Numbered from the stretch's first letter, positions 24,201 to 34,061 are shown. The stretch: 64,000 nt of DNA from Amphiscolops sp. MND2022 (GCA_964187785.1 OZ076409.1:38502001-38566000), one strand, 5' to 3'. Program-made: numbers and translations. The notes: generated by a model not told the origin, from the letters alone.

Positions 24201-25358
24201 TTCGTCTATTGTCTGTTGACCCGAAGCCGAAAAGTGTCGTCTCTGCCAGAAATGAATTCATGGGAAGATTACATGGATTCAGAGAAGATTGCCAGCTTCC
24301 CCAAGACCAGTGATGCTACTTTTCTCTGCAATTTTGAGTTTGGTGAGGTTCTCCGGCAGAGAAATACAAGTGAAGTCAAGGATTTCCGTACTCGATGTCG
24401 CCGTTTTATCGATCGTCTTGTGGACGTCATTTTGTCGAAATTGTTGGTATCCTCTGATTTCTTGCAGGGCGTGTACTGCTTCTGTCCTGAGTTGCTTCTG
24501 GGTGGAGATGATCACTGTGTTTTCGCTCTGTTCAGCCGATTGATGCGCGTTCTCGAGAAGAGCGGGGTTGTATCCAGTGCAGAGTCAAGGAGTGCAGTTG
24601 AGGAGTTCGCCACGTTTGTTGTGGACATTCGTGCTCGCCATTTGTCTAGCGGACAGCAGTCCGAAGATATCGCTGATGTGATTTCTTATCTTCTAGCTGA
24701 TTATGGCTTTTTGGCACGCAAGTCTTTGTGTCACGTCTTTAAATTGTGCTGCCTCATGATTCGGAGGCCTTTGCCTCATTATCCTCAAGTGGATATCAGC
24801 TTAAATGGGTGTGATGTTCCCTCCAGTATTGTGACATCGTGTATTCGGGGCATCCAAAGTTATGTTTCCACTTCTCATTACCAGCAGGGATCTTTCTTCA
24901 CAAAGCATACCATGGAGTGTGTTCGTTCTGCTATCTCGGGGTCGCAAGATTTCATGGTACAGGCTGATTTTGATCCTTGGAATAGAGTGTGCAGTGATGG
25001 TCATGCAGTTTTTATGGAACGCTTCCAGAATTTGTTTAAAGATCATCTTGCACGTCGTAAGGAGGGAGCTCATGATCGTCTGTATCGTGCTAATCGCTCA
25101 AAACCTGCTAGAGATAGTGATACTTCGTGTGCTGTTGGAAGTGGTGGAAGCCCTACTTCGTCTGTTGTCTCTGCTCCTGCAACTAGTACTTCAAGTAGTG
25201 CTGTATCTTTTCGTCAGAGTAAGACTCGGGTTCATAGCAGTTTGGCTTCCTTGCTTGGGCGGAAGAAAGAGTGCAAAGTGAGTGGGACTAGTTGTTCCAA
25301 GGAGAAAGTGACGAAACGAGGTCAGAAAAGTCAGAAATCTGGGGGAGGATCCAAGTAA
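21266..25358 (+). CDS. Seven-exon antisense gene inside the retrotransposon; ~1087-aa protein with a C-x2-C-x16-H-x5-H zinc finger and hAT-transposase-like core
   Basis: Exons 21266-21395, 21533-21913, 22020-22250, 22513-23099, 23228-23848, 23977-24058 and 24127-25358. All six introns are GT...AG (donors GTGAGA, GTAAGT, GTACGT, GTTAGT, GTAAGT, GTTAGT) with T-rich acceptors. Phases 1,1,1,0,0,1 match on both sides, giving 3264 nt with no internal stop. Confidence 0.85.
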
Positions 25359-25607
25359 CATTACGTTATCAGTAACTTGCATTAGTCTGATTTATTGTTG
25401 TAGTTAGTTTGTTGTTTCCGTTTTAATGTATTGTTTTGAATTTGCAATGAGTCGTCGCTATGATGACCATTATAATTGATGTTGTAGTGGTAAAAGGATA
25501 TGTACAGGAGTAGTTAGTAAAAAGAAAAAGAAGAGGGTAGTTGTGTACCCTAATTGAAATTTGTCAAATCGGTTCGATTTGGACTCCTGTCGTTATCTTT
25601 TCTCTTT

Positions 25608-28600
25608 TTAGTGAGTCGTAGTTATAGCGTCAAGTCGTCTGAAGTCAGGGTTAGCATTAGGTTTAGGATTAGGTCTCAGATTATACTTTGCTGTTTTCCT
25701 TGGGTTATACCCGACAACTGTAGGCGGTGATCTTGGGGGAATAGGTGGGCTTTCAAGGGGTGGGGGGCGGCGTATGTATGGGTTATCCCCCACGTCTGTA
25801 GTAAGGTTTGAAAAATCCGGAGACGGCGGCGCCTCGTCATTCAGGTCATTAGTTCGGTTTCTTGGCATTTGTGTCGTCGTGTTTTCGTCATTCGTGTTTG
25901 TCACTTCTTGTATTTCTGCGTGTTGGTTATGTTTTGTATCAATTGATGTTTCGTGTTCGTCAATTTGTTTGCCGAAATCCATTTCCCACGATACCGCATA
26001 CCACTCATTGTGTGACACTTTGACTTCTGGATCGGGAAGATACTCGTTTGCTCGTACTGTGACGTCAGGCACGCGTTGTTCTGGCGTGTAAGGTCGTATA
26101 CGAATTCTGTGTAGTGTTTGTGTGTATCGCGTGCCAGTTTTTCGTATTGTGTAATTGTTATTTGAGAGTACTTTGATTACTATGTACGGTCCCGTCCAGA
26201 TACAATCTTGAAATGCAAACTTTGTCGATTGATTGTCAGCTTTCGGATTGAGGATGTAGCAGTAATCGTTGATCTTCAGTGGAGCAGCAGACGCTTTGCG
26301 GTCGTAATATTTTTTATATTTGAGGTAGGATAGCATTATATTGTCCTTTGTTGTCGCCCGTACCTCGTCTATTTGTTTTTGTATTTGCTCTGCTATGTCC
26401 GAGTTGGGCGTTGTTTTCCACTTTGGCTTGATTCCTAATTTTAGGTCGAGGACATTGTAAGGTATTCGTCCGTGGAATACTGTAGATGGTTCACAGCCCA
26501 GAGTCTCGTGGTATGTTGTATTGTAGTTCATTACAGCTATTTGGACATACTTGTGCCACATTGAACGTCGTTCGCCCGTCGAAATTTTTAGTGCGGTTTT
26601 GATTGACGCGTGTGTTCTTTCTAAAATTCCGATCGTCTGTGCATGTTTTGTAGACGCATGGCTGATTTGAATCTCGAGTATTTGGGCTATTTCTGTGACG
26701 ACTTCTGATCGAAATTGTGAGCCCTTGTCTGATAGGATTAGTGTTGGCAAGTATGCATGTCTTGTCATGACGTCGACAATGCATCGTCCGATTGTCTTTG
26801 CTGTGGTATTCTGTGTTGGGTAGGCGAATAGGTATCGTGAAAATACGTCAATCATCGTAACGATGTTTTGGTATCCTGCAGAGTTGGGTAGATTCGGTAG
26901 TATGTCAATTTCGAGAATGTCTTCCGGGCCCAGAACGTGTTCTGTGTTGTTAATCATCTTTGGTCTGATTTGACTATTGCTGATTCGTTTGTATTTGATG
27001 CAGTCTTCACATTGCATTACCCACTGTCTGATTTTCTTCGCCAAGCCAGGGTAATAATACTTTGATCGGCATTCTTGGATCATTTTTGTGATCCCTGGGT
27101 GTTTTCCCATTTGTCCATGAATTGCTTTTAGGAGTTCTGTGATCAAATGGTCGGGGATTAGTATTTGGTTATGTGTGACCTGGCCGCATTCTCCATAGTA
27201 TTTGCGCATTAGTACTCCATCTTTGACTATAAGTCTGTTTTCGTGTACTAGTAGACGTTTTGCTGTCGGGTCAGTTTGTAAGAGATGTTTATCATATTCT
27301 TCACATATCAGTTTTCTTTTGATTGCTTTGAATACTTGGTTTGAGTCTTGTTCGACCCTGATGCGTGCGTCTTCCTTGATTGTCCCGAATGTATATGCGG
27401 CTTTGTTTATTGGTATCGGTAGTGTTTCGGTTATAGATAGTTTGATTTTTGTCGTTTCTTCGTCGCGGGCGTTCTGTCTAGCTTGTTCTTTCTGGGCGAG
27501 AATTTCCTCCTCAGTTTCGATTGTTTCATCAGGAAGGAAGAAAAGTTGTTCCTCGTCCGCTACGTCTGTGGATTGTAGGTTCACTTGTATTGGTCTGATT
27601 GTAATGTCGTTTCTGATCTTTAGTTCGACTCTTTCCTTGGGGTTGAGATCGATTCTTGACAGAAAGTCGGCTGCCGTATTTTGCGTACCAGCTACGTGCA
27701 TTATATGAAAATTGAATTGTAGCACATAGTCACACGCATTCCATAGCGTAGGTGGTATGGCTTTTGTTTGAAAGAACCTTGTTACTGATCTGTTGTCTGT
27801 CATTACGAGAGTTGGTAGGGTTGTTTCCCATAATATGTGGCTGTATTCTAGGAAGGCGTGGTAGATTGCCAGAAATTCTTTGCAATAGATTGACATCTTG
27901 AATTGTGCTGGTGAGAATACTTTTGATCCAAATGCTACAGGCGCGAAGGTTTTCTTCTTGGAATTGAGTTTTTTGTCGTTTTCTTCTTCGATCATTAGGG
28001 CGTATCCTGAGGCACGAAAACTAGCGTCTGTCATTAGGACGTATTGTCGTCCTGTAATTGGTTGTTTGAGGGCTAGTCCACATGCTTCCGCTAATGCTGT
28101 GTTGATCGCTTTGTATTGATCTAATAGTTCTTCTGTGATTTTGATTTGTTTGTCAGCTTTCAGTAGTTGGTAGAAACCGAGTAGCTTTTCGGACAACCTC
28201 GGGATATAGTTGCGGTAGTAGTTGACAAAGCCTATGTATCTCTGTACTTGTTTCTTTGATTTCGGGAATCGTACGTTTGCTAAGAATTTCTGGATTTTGT
28301 GGTCTTGGGGGGCGATTCCTTGTGGGGTGATCGTTCTTCCAAGGAATTCGACCTTGGTCACTCCAAAGTGGCATTTGTCGATGGATAGTTTGAGTCCTGC
28401 TTGTCTGATGCATTCGAAGACGGCTCGGATGTTTCGTATCAGCTGCGTCACGGAGTTGGCGGCTATGCCGATGTCGTCCACATATTGTGCACATTGGTCA
28501 GCTTTGATTACTTTATCCAAATATTCCCTCATGAAACTAGAGAATGCTGATAAAGCTCTGCTCAGTCCTTGTGCTAGTCGTTTGTAGGCGAACGTTCTGC

Positions 28601-30554
28601 TTGCGAAGTTGAACGCTAGCATTTCGATTGATCTCTGGTCTGCCATCTGTAGACAGTGGTATGCTTGGGAGCAATCTAATTTGCAGAACAACTTTTTCCC
28701 TGCTAAGTGTTGGGCTGCGTCCGACAGGGTGCTGACTGGGTGGTTGTTGTTGATGTAATCATCTGAAATTAGGGCGTTTATTTTCCGTAGGTCAACGAGT
28801 AATCGCAGCTTGCCATTCGGTTTGCGTTGTGCAAAAATTGGGCTCGCATATTTTGAGAATGGTAGGGTCGTTATTATGCCGTACCTATGCATTAGTGCTA
28901 ATTCGACTGTTAGATCTTCTTTCAGGTTAATTGGTACCGGCAAGCTTTGCGTGTAAATTGGGCGCTCGTCCTTCGGAGTTAGTTTGACTTTGAAGCTATT
29001 GTTGATTCCGATGTCAAGGCGATGTCGGGCAAAGATATCGTTGTATTCCACTATTGTTTGCTCGAGTTGCTTCCTGTCATTGCCTTCGATTTGAGAACCC
29101 TCCCACTGGAACATGTCGAGGAACTTTTGTCTTGAGTCCTGGTCTTTGGTTGGGTCTAATTTTTCTTTCTGGATTAGTTCACGGATTTCCTTCAGGATCC
29201 GTCGTTGGATTGGCGTATGTTCTTCTTCGTTTCCCGGATTCTCAGGTGTGGGAAACCAGAAATTTTCATCACCCTGTTCAGTTTCGTTGGCCTTCATGAG
29301 TTCATTGACGTACATGTGGGTGTCATCAGGATCGTCTAGCAATTTGAGTGCTGCGGCGTCAACTGGTCGTATTTGTTTCGTGTCTTCAGGTTTGAGGATT
29401 TGTAGTTCTGCCAGCTTTGTATGATTCTTTATTGTATGTGGAAAATCCGTTAGGTTGGCGATTCTGATGTTGAGCCTTTTGTTATGGGCTGTCGCCAGAG
29501 CTGGTGCAACAATGATTGTTGCGGTTTCATCAAATTGTGGTAGTGGTTGTACCGCACCAGTGACGTTATGCAAGTTTGTGGTTATTACTATTGCGTTCAC
29601 TGTTGTGGTTTGTTGGGGTGGTAGGGTTTGATTTCCTTCTGCCATTATTTGGAGCGGTTTCGGGTTGCACTTTTTCATCTCGTCCGTCATGGCTAGCGTC
29701 ATTTCTACGTGCGGGAAATTAATGGTCCCGTTGGCAGTGTCTATTACTGCTTGGTGATTTCTCATGAAGTTCAATCCTATGATGGGAAATGACGTTTTCG
29801 ATAGGATGACGAAGGTGTCCGTGAAGGTATATGTTCCGATGTTGAACTGGATGTCCGCTGTGGCTATTGGTTGCTCTAGTTGTGCGTTTGCGCATTCAAT
29901 CTTGAAAGGAGGTTGAGGGTACTCTTTTATGACGCAACTATCACTGTTCATTTTGATTGCGTTGTAGTCTGACCAGGACATGGCATTGATGAACGCACCG
30001 GAGTCGACAAGTCCATCCATTGTTATTTCACCGAATTCTAGTGGCAAGTACAGCATTCTCCTTCTGTTTTTGAGGATTATAGTGGAGTGGAGAGGTATAT
30101 ATGTTTCTCCATCCTTTTCGGCTACGTACTCCTTGATTGAGTTGAGTGATGTGGGGAAATCGTCTGGGGGCGGAAATGTCTTGGTGAAGCTGTGATTATC
30201 TCCTTCATTTTGTTGTGACGATAGGTGATCGTCGGAGGCGCTTTCATTTTGTTCTACCTGGTTTATAGCGGAGAGTTCTCTGTTGATGGGGGTTAAGTTG
30301 GTAGGACGATTTGCTTGTTGTTTAGGATTGTCCCTGTAGTCTTTGTCGTGAGTGTAGGTGTCTGCTTGTTCGGTTGGTGGATATGGCCTTTTTATAGAAG
30401 CGAGTGCTTGTCGTCTTAGCCAATCTACCGTTGGTGTGCCATCGCACCCTACTGTTGAGTCGTTTGTATAGGTGATGGGGGGATCTGTTGATGAGTACGC
30501 CCTCGCGGCTACGGTTTCCCCGAAACGCAGGCGCGGCGTATCTAGTTTTTTGAT
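25608..30554 (-). CDS. pol: pol polyprotein (PR-RT-RNase H-IN), expressed by -1 frameshift from gag
   Basis: LVDSGA (protease), LDCSQAY and YVDD (RT), TDAS...DNR...ADFLSR (RNase H), H-x5-HPG...CEDC with DILP/SDKG/ERTH (integrase), WTGPY (GPY/F) and YNLRP. Manual translation shows the frame stays open upstream of the 30056 Met back to 30554. Confidence 0.97.
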   Translation of the reverse strand: MKKLDTPRLRFGETVAARAYSSTDPPITYTNDSTVGCDGTPTVDWLRRQALASIKRPYPPTEQADTYTHDKDYRDNPKQQANRPTNLTPINRELSAINQVEQNESASDDHLSSQQNEGDNHSFTKTFPPPDDFPTSLNSIKEYVAEKDGETYIPLHSTIILKNRRRMLYLPLEFGEITMDGLVDSGAFINAMSWSDYNAIKMNSDSCVIKEYPQPPFKIECANAQLEQPIATADIQFNIGTYTFTDTFVILSKTSFPIIGLNFMRNHQAVIDTANGTINFPHVEMTLAMTDEMKKCNPKPLQIMAEGNQTLPPQQTTTVNAIVITTNLHNVTGAVQPLPQFDETATIIVAPALATAHNKRLNIRIANLTDFPHTIKNHTKLAELQILKPEDTKQIRPVDAAALKLLDDPDDTHMYVNELMKANETEQGDENFWFPTPENPGNEEEHTPIQRRILKEIRELIQKEKLDPTKDQDSRQKFLDMFQWEGSQIEGNDRKQLEQTIVEYNDIFARHRLDIGINNSFKVKLTPKDERPIYTQSLPVPINLKEDLTVELALMHRYGIITTLPFSKYASPIFAQRKPNGKLRLLVDLRKINALISDDYINNNHPVSTLSDAAQHLAGKKLFCKLDCSQAYHCLQMADQRSIEMLAFNFASRTFAYKRLAQGLSRALSAFSSFMREYLDKVIKADQCAQYVDDIGIAANSVTQLIRNIRAVFECIRQAGLKLSIDKCHFGVTKVEFLGRTITPQGIAPQDHKIQKFLANVRFPKSKKQVQRYIGFVNYYRNYIPRLSEKLLGFYQLLKADKQIKITEELLDQYKAINTALAEACGLALKQPITGRQYVLMTDASFRASGYALMIEEENDKKLNSKKKTFAPVAFGSKVFSPAQFKMSIYCKEFLAIYHAFLEYSHILWETTLPTLVMTDNRSVTRFFQTKAIPPTLWNACDYVLQFNFHIMHVAGTQNTAADFLSRIDLNPKERVELKIRNDITIRPIQVNLQSTDVADEEQLFFLPDETIETEEEILAQKEQARQNARDEETTKIKLSITETLPIPINKAAYTFGTIKEDARIRVEQDSNQVFKAIKRKLICEEYDKHLLQTDPTAKRLLVHENRLIVKDGVLMRKYYGECGQVTHNQILIPDHLITELLKAIHGQMGKHPGITKMIQECRSKYYYPGLAKKIRQWVMQCEDCIKYKRISNSQIRPKMINNTEHVLGPEDILEIDILPNLPNSAGYQNIVTMIDVFSRYLFAYPTQNTTAKTIGRCIVDVMTRHAYLPTLILSDKGSQFRSEVVTEIAQILEIQISHASTKHAQTIGILERTHASIKTALKISTGERRSMWHKYVQIAVMNYNTTYHETLGCEPSTVFHGRIPYNVLDLKLGIKPKWKTTPNSDIAEQIQKQIDEVRATTKDNIMLSYLKYKKYYDRKASAAPLKINDYCYILNPKADNQSTKFAFQDCIWTGPYIVIKVLSNNNYTIRKTGTRYTQTLHRIRIRPYTPEQRVPDVTVRANEYLPDPEVKVSHNEWYAVSWEMDFGKQIDEHETSIDTKHNQHAEIQEVTNTNDENTTTQMPRNRTNDLNDEAPPSPDFSNLTTDVGDNPYIRRPPPLESPPIPPRSPPTVVGYNPRKTAKYNLRPNPKPNANPDFRRLDAITTTH
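30496..30551 (-). promoter_or_regulatory. -1 programmed ribosomal frameshift signal: slippery A AAA AAC plus downstream GC-rich stem-loop
   Basis: Minus strand TCA AAA AAC TAG ends gag, and pol is in the -1 frame (ATC AAA AAA CTA). TACGCC...GGCGTA encloses a TTTC-GGG-GAAA inner hairpin. Confidence 0.85.
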
Positions 30555-31978
30555 TCATCTGCGGCTTGATTTGTCTGTTGTTGTGCAGAGTTATCTTGTT
30601 TTCTTTCTTGTTGGAAATGTCGTTTAGGTCTCGGGTCGTTTGCCGAGTTAGCTCCGTTCCAACAGTTTTCTGTTTTGTGGGGTTTTCCACAGGTATCGCA
30701 TTTGGAGGTAATCCCGGTGGTGTTTCTGGTATGGCCATTATGTTTTCTTGTTTGTTGCCATTTGTCTCTCCGCAGTTTGCGGCATTCAGCCTTGAAATGG
30801 CCAAATTTATTGCAATAAAAGCAGTACCCTTTTTTAGTGTTTTGGGTAGTGTTTTCGGCTTGTTTGGGCTCAGTTTTTGTTGGGGCTGGTTCTGCTTTAT
30901 TGAGGGGTACCAGAGTTACATCGTCTGGTGCTCCAAGTCCGTTAAGTCGCATTTCTCTCTCTAGGTGTAGGACAATGTCGTTATAGGGCTTGTCTTCGAG
31001 GTATGCCCTATTTAATATTTTCTGCACGTGATCTGGCATTTTCGCGTAGATTGCTTTGTCGATAAATTGCTGAGCTTGTGAACCGAACGCCTCTTTTGCT
31101 GTTTTTTGAAGGACGTCCAGGAATTCGTGGAGTTTCTGTGTCGAGGGATCGAATTTAAGTGCGTCCCATTCACATCTGGCTTTTGCCATCGACAAGTAAT
31201 CTCCGAAGCGTCGTTTGAAAATCGTCATGATCTCATCAAGTGAATCCTTTTTCGTATCTTCGATATTACAAAATGCTTGTAAGGCGTCTCCCCTGAGGAG
31301 GGAGTGGAAGTAGTTTATTTTTTGGATTTCAGTAAGGTGCGGGTACATTTTTATGTTATTCCGAAAAAGGTCTTCGAATAGTTCGAATTTTTCCGACTTC
31401 CCGTCGAAGGTCGGGAGTGACGCCGTGAGTGCTTTTGGCATGGGTAGAGTAGTGCTATCATTTTTATCTGTTGCGAATAAAGTCCTTGCCGCCACTGGAC
31501 GTTCCTTTGACGGCGGCTGGCTCTGAGACCTGGCTTTTGTTCTTTTTGGCTGGTTTGTGGAATCGGTTAGGACTCCTGTCACCATGTTACGACATATCAT
31601 CGGGTCGTTTTGAGTAGAACTTATTCTCACTGATTTTGTGGGAGTGTAAAAACTCCTAGTTTCCTCCTCTACTTCTTCAGTGTTTTCTCTAATAACCCCT
31701 TTTGTTTCAGGCTTAAGGAGTTTCAACATCTCCTTCTGAGATTCAATAAGAAGATTCTTAATTTCTGACGTTATTTCTTCCTTCAATGAAGCCCTCAAAC
31801 TTTCAAGAAGACTATTTTCAATCCGAGGGGACTTGGGTCTAGAAGGCCCAGCTACTTCATCATCCTGATTCAAAGGACAAGAATCCCTTACTACTATAGG
31901 TGAAATCAAGCCTTCACTTACGTTCTCATCGGTGCTTTGCTGATCGTTCTTTCTTTTTTGGCTTCTTGTTGTTGACAT
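30542..31978 (-). CDS. gag: gag (478 aa from first ATG), with a capsid-like region and two zinc knuckles
   Basis: ATG at 31978 (MSTTRSQKRK); LPTFDGKSEKFELFE; CFYCNKFGHFKAEC (CX2CX4HX4C) and CDTCGKPHKTENC. The start lies inside the 5' LTR. Confidence 0.93.
   Translation of the reverse strand: MSTTRSQKRKNDQQSTDENVSEGLISPIVVRDSCPLNQDDEVAGPSRPKSPRIENSLLESLRASLKEEITSEIKNLLIESQKEMLKLLKPETKGVIRENTEEVEEETRSFYTPTKSVRISSTQNDPMICRNMVTGVLTDSTNQPKRTKARSQSQPPSKERPVAARTLFATDKNDSTTLPMPKALTASLPTFDGKSEKFELFEDLFRNNIKMYPHLTEIQKINYFHSLLRGDALQAFCNIEDTKKDSLDEIMTIFKRRFGDYLSMAKARCEWDALKFDPSTQKLHEFLDVLQKTAKEAFGSQAQQFIDKAIYAKMPDHVQKILNRAYLEDKPYNDIVLHLEREMRLNGLGAPDDVTLVPLNKAEPAPTKTEPKQAENTTQNTKKGYCFYCNKFGHFKAECRKLRRDKWQQTRKHNGHTRNTTGITSKCDTCGKPHKTENCWNGANSANDPRPKRHFQQERKQDNSAQQQTNQAADESKN
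31571..31584 (-). promoter_or_regulatory. Primer-binding site (TGGTGACAGGAGTC), probably tRNA-Leu-type
   Basis: Begins TGG immediately after the 5' LTR. The plus strand ACTCCTGTCACCA differs at one base from the metazoan tRNA-Leu(CAG) 3' end ACTCCTGACACCA as I recall it. Confidence 0.75.
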
Positions 31979-34061
31979 TTTGTAGAAAAGTTTGATCTCG
32001 AAGAATTGAATTTCTTTCGAAGGATTTTCTGACAAAGTAGAACAAGTTGAGAGAGTAGAATTGAAAATTCAACTGAATTATGCAATTACAAAAGACTGAG
32101 TCCCTTAATCATCAAATCCTATCATATTTATACCCTCCCAGCATCATTTGATCACGAACAAAGCCCTAATTTTCTTTGAACAATTAGTCATTTCCTGTAT
32201 TTTCGATGAAAAAATCATTTTGTTCCCAATTTTACGTCGACTTTTCGTCAATTTTTGAGACACGATGTTCTTCATTCAGTATTAGTCATCAAGTTTGATC
32301 ATATCATTTCATCTCGGCGTCCTTTTGCTTCCTCCCAAGCAGGAAGTAGATATTACTTCAGTCTGTCAAACCGGAAATGATTCCCTGTTTTACTGCTTTG
32401 GTTCGCGGGAAATTGACGCTGAGATGACGCTGACGTGAACAAAAAATACCTGATTTTGAATTTTGCTTTGACAAAAATGCTATGACTAATTCCAAAATGG
32501 GAATATTTGAACGATGCTAGGACGATATTTTATGAATTTGGACCCAAGCTTTTGCTGAAAGTGAGAATAAAATTGTGATATAAAAATAATATTTGTTAGC
32601 AACATTGTCGAATCGTGTCAAATGCGACAAGATTTATAAAATTAACAGCAACGTTTGTTATATAGCAACATCAACACAACGCGTATAACTGGGCAGCAAC
32701 TGGTCGCACTGGTATAAGAAAACATGAACACAATCACAAATACAGCGCTCAATGTTGTGGAGTACAAAAATGCAAAGTATATGAAAAATACATTTCTGGT
32801 ACATAATAAGCTTCTAGCTGGGGAGAATAAACTGTGACTTCCTAATTAATCTACTGTGGAATCTTGTAATAAGATGGTTTATGCACGGAGATTCCTTTAT
32901 TGTTAAGAGCACATGATAGTTGCTTAACATGAGGTTAAATTATTCTGCTTGTATCAAAATGCATTCTAAATTAAGACCTTAAACCATGTAAAAAATCAGC
33001 AATACATTCATTATACGATTTGCAACAGGCTGCAATTTCCCTTCCTTAAAAAATAACGGCACTTATGCGATGAAAACTTGACTAAATTCAGCAAATTCAT
33101 CCATTTTATTCAATTTCATAAACTTGTCAACGTCATGTTGACGAGTTTTCTTGGCAGAGTTGAATTTCATAAACTTGTCAACGTCATGTTGACGAGTTTT
33201 CTTGGCAGAATAGAGATTTTGACTAGTTTGACGCAATGCTGACGAGTATTTTAGAAATGAGTCTCTCGCTAGTTACCGGAGCAGTGACGTCACACTGGCG
33301 GTAAATTGGAATGATTTCTAGCAATGCTATCAGTATAGGCGGATAATTGGAATGATTTTCTGGTACGCGTATGCGAGGCAGTGACGTCAATTGGTATGCT
33401 TTCAAACTTGTCTGCGTCTTACTGACGACAAATATACATGTACTCCCGTTTCTTTCGCCGCATTGTTTACTCAGCGCAGTATTGACGTCCTAAATCGCTT
33501 TAATTGCTGTTCAAAAGAGTAATTAAGCTGTCTTTCTAAGAAAAGGCTTAGCTACCACGGTGTGCTGTCTCACTGTAATTTCCCGTTTTAGGTCCAAATG
33601 AAATGTAACTTTTCGGGATTAGTTTTGATGTAATTCCATTTAGATTAGCTTATGGTCTCTTTAATCTTGAGGTAGTTTTATTCTAATTTTCAGGTTGTGA
33701 ATGTTTCATTTGTCGTGGTTGACTCGTCCAGACAAACATGCGTGAAATCATTTTTGGATTATTTTGCCTCCTTATTTCATTTCCGCTCAAATTTGCGCGC
33801 GGTAAACGTGTATTTTACATTTCCTTTGTTATTTCATCCAATTTTGCGAGAGCATAAAAATCTAGAACGCGTTCATTAGTTTTATTTGGGATTTTTGCTA
33901 GACAAACTATTATTGCGTTTCGAGTCACAGTTTATTTAAATTTAGTTAGAGTTCGAGTTAATAGCCGAAATACCTTTTCGTGAGTCTTGCGGTGCACCCA
34001 TGTCCGCGCCCAAAACCAACTCTCCTGCATCCGCAATCCAGTCCGGGAGCGGACTGTGACA
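31585..34061 (-). repeat. 5' LTR (2477 bp)
   Basis: Direct repeat of 17705-20181, adjacent to the PBS. Confidence 0.98.

Larger units (their letters stand above)
17705..34061 (-). mobile_element. Full-length intact Ty3/gypsy LTR retrotransposon, 16,357 bp, with accessory gene module
   Basis: Two 2477-bp direct repeats with TG...CA ends, a 5-bp TSD ACAAG (17700-17704 and 34062-34066), a PBS next to the 5' LTR, and uninterrupted gag and PR-RT-RH-IN ORFs. Confidence 0.98.

Noticed and set aside
25518-25540. Purine tract AAAAAGAAAAAGAAGAGGGTAG as the PPT
   Set aside because: It is on the wrong strand for this element and more than 5 kb from the 3' LTR.
20820-25600. Antisense gene as a recently nested autonomous hAT DNA transposon
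   Set aside because: I saw no terminal inverted repeats or 8-bp TSD around it, catalytic motifs appear lost, and its upstream motifs are shared with the LTR. Not formally excluded without comparing copies.
25774-30195. Plus-strand ORFs overlapping pol (25774-26091, 27202-27708, 28222-28587, 29113-29424, etc.)
   Set aside because: Shadow frames opposite a long coding sequence, with no recognisable motifs.
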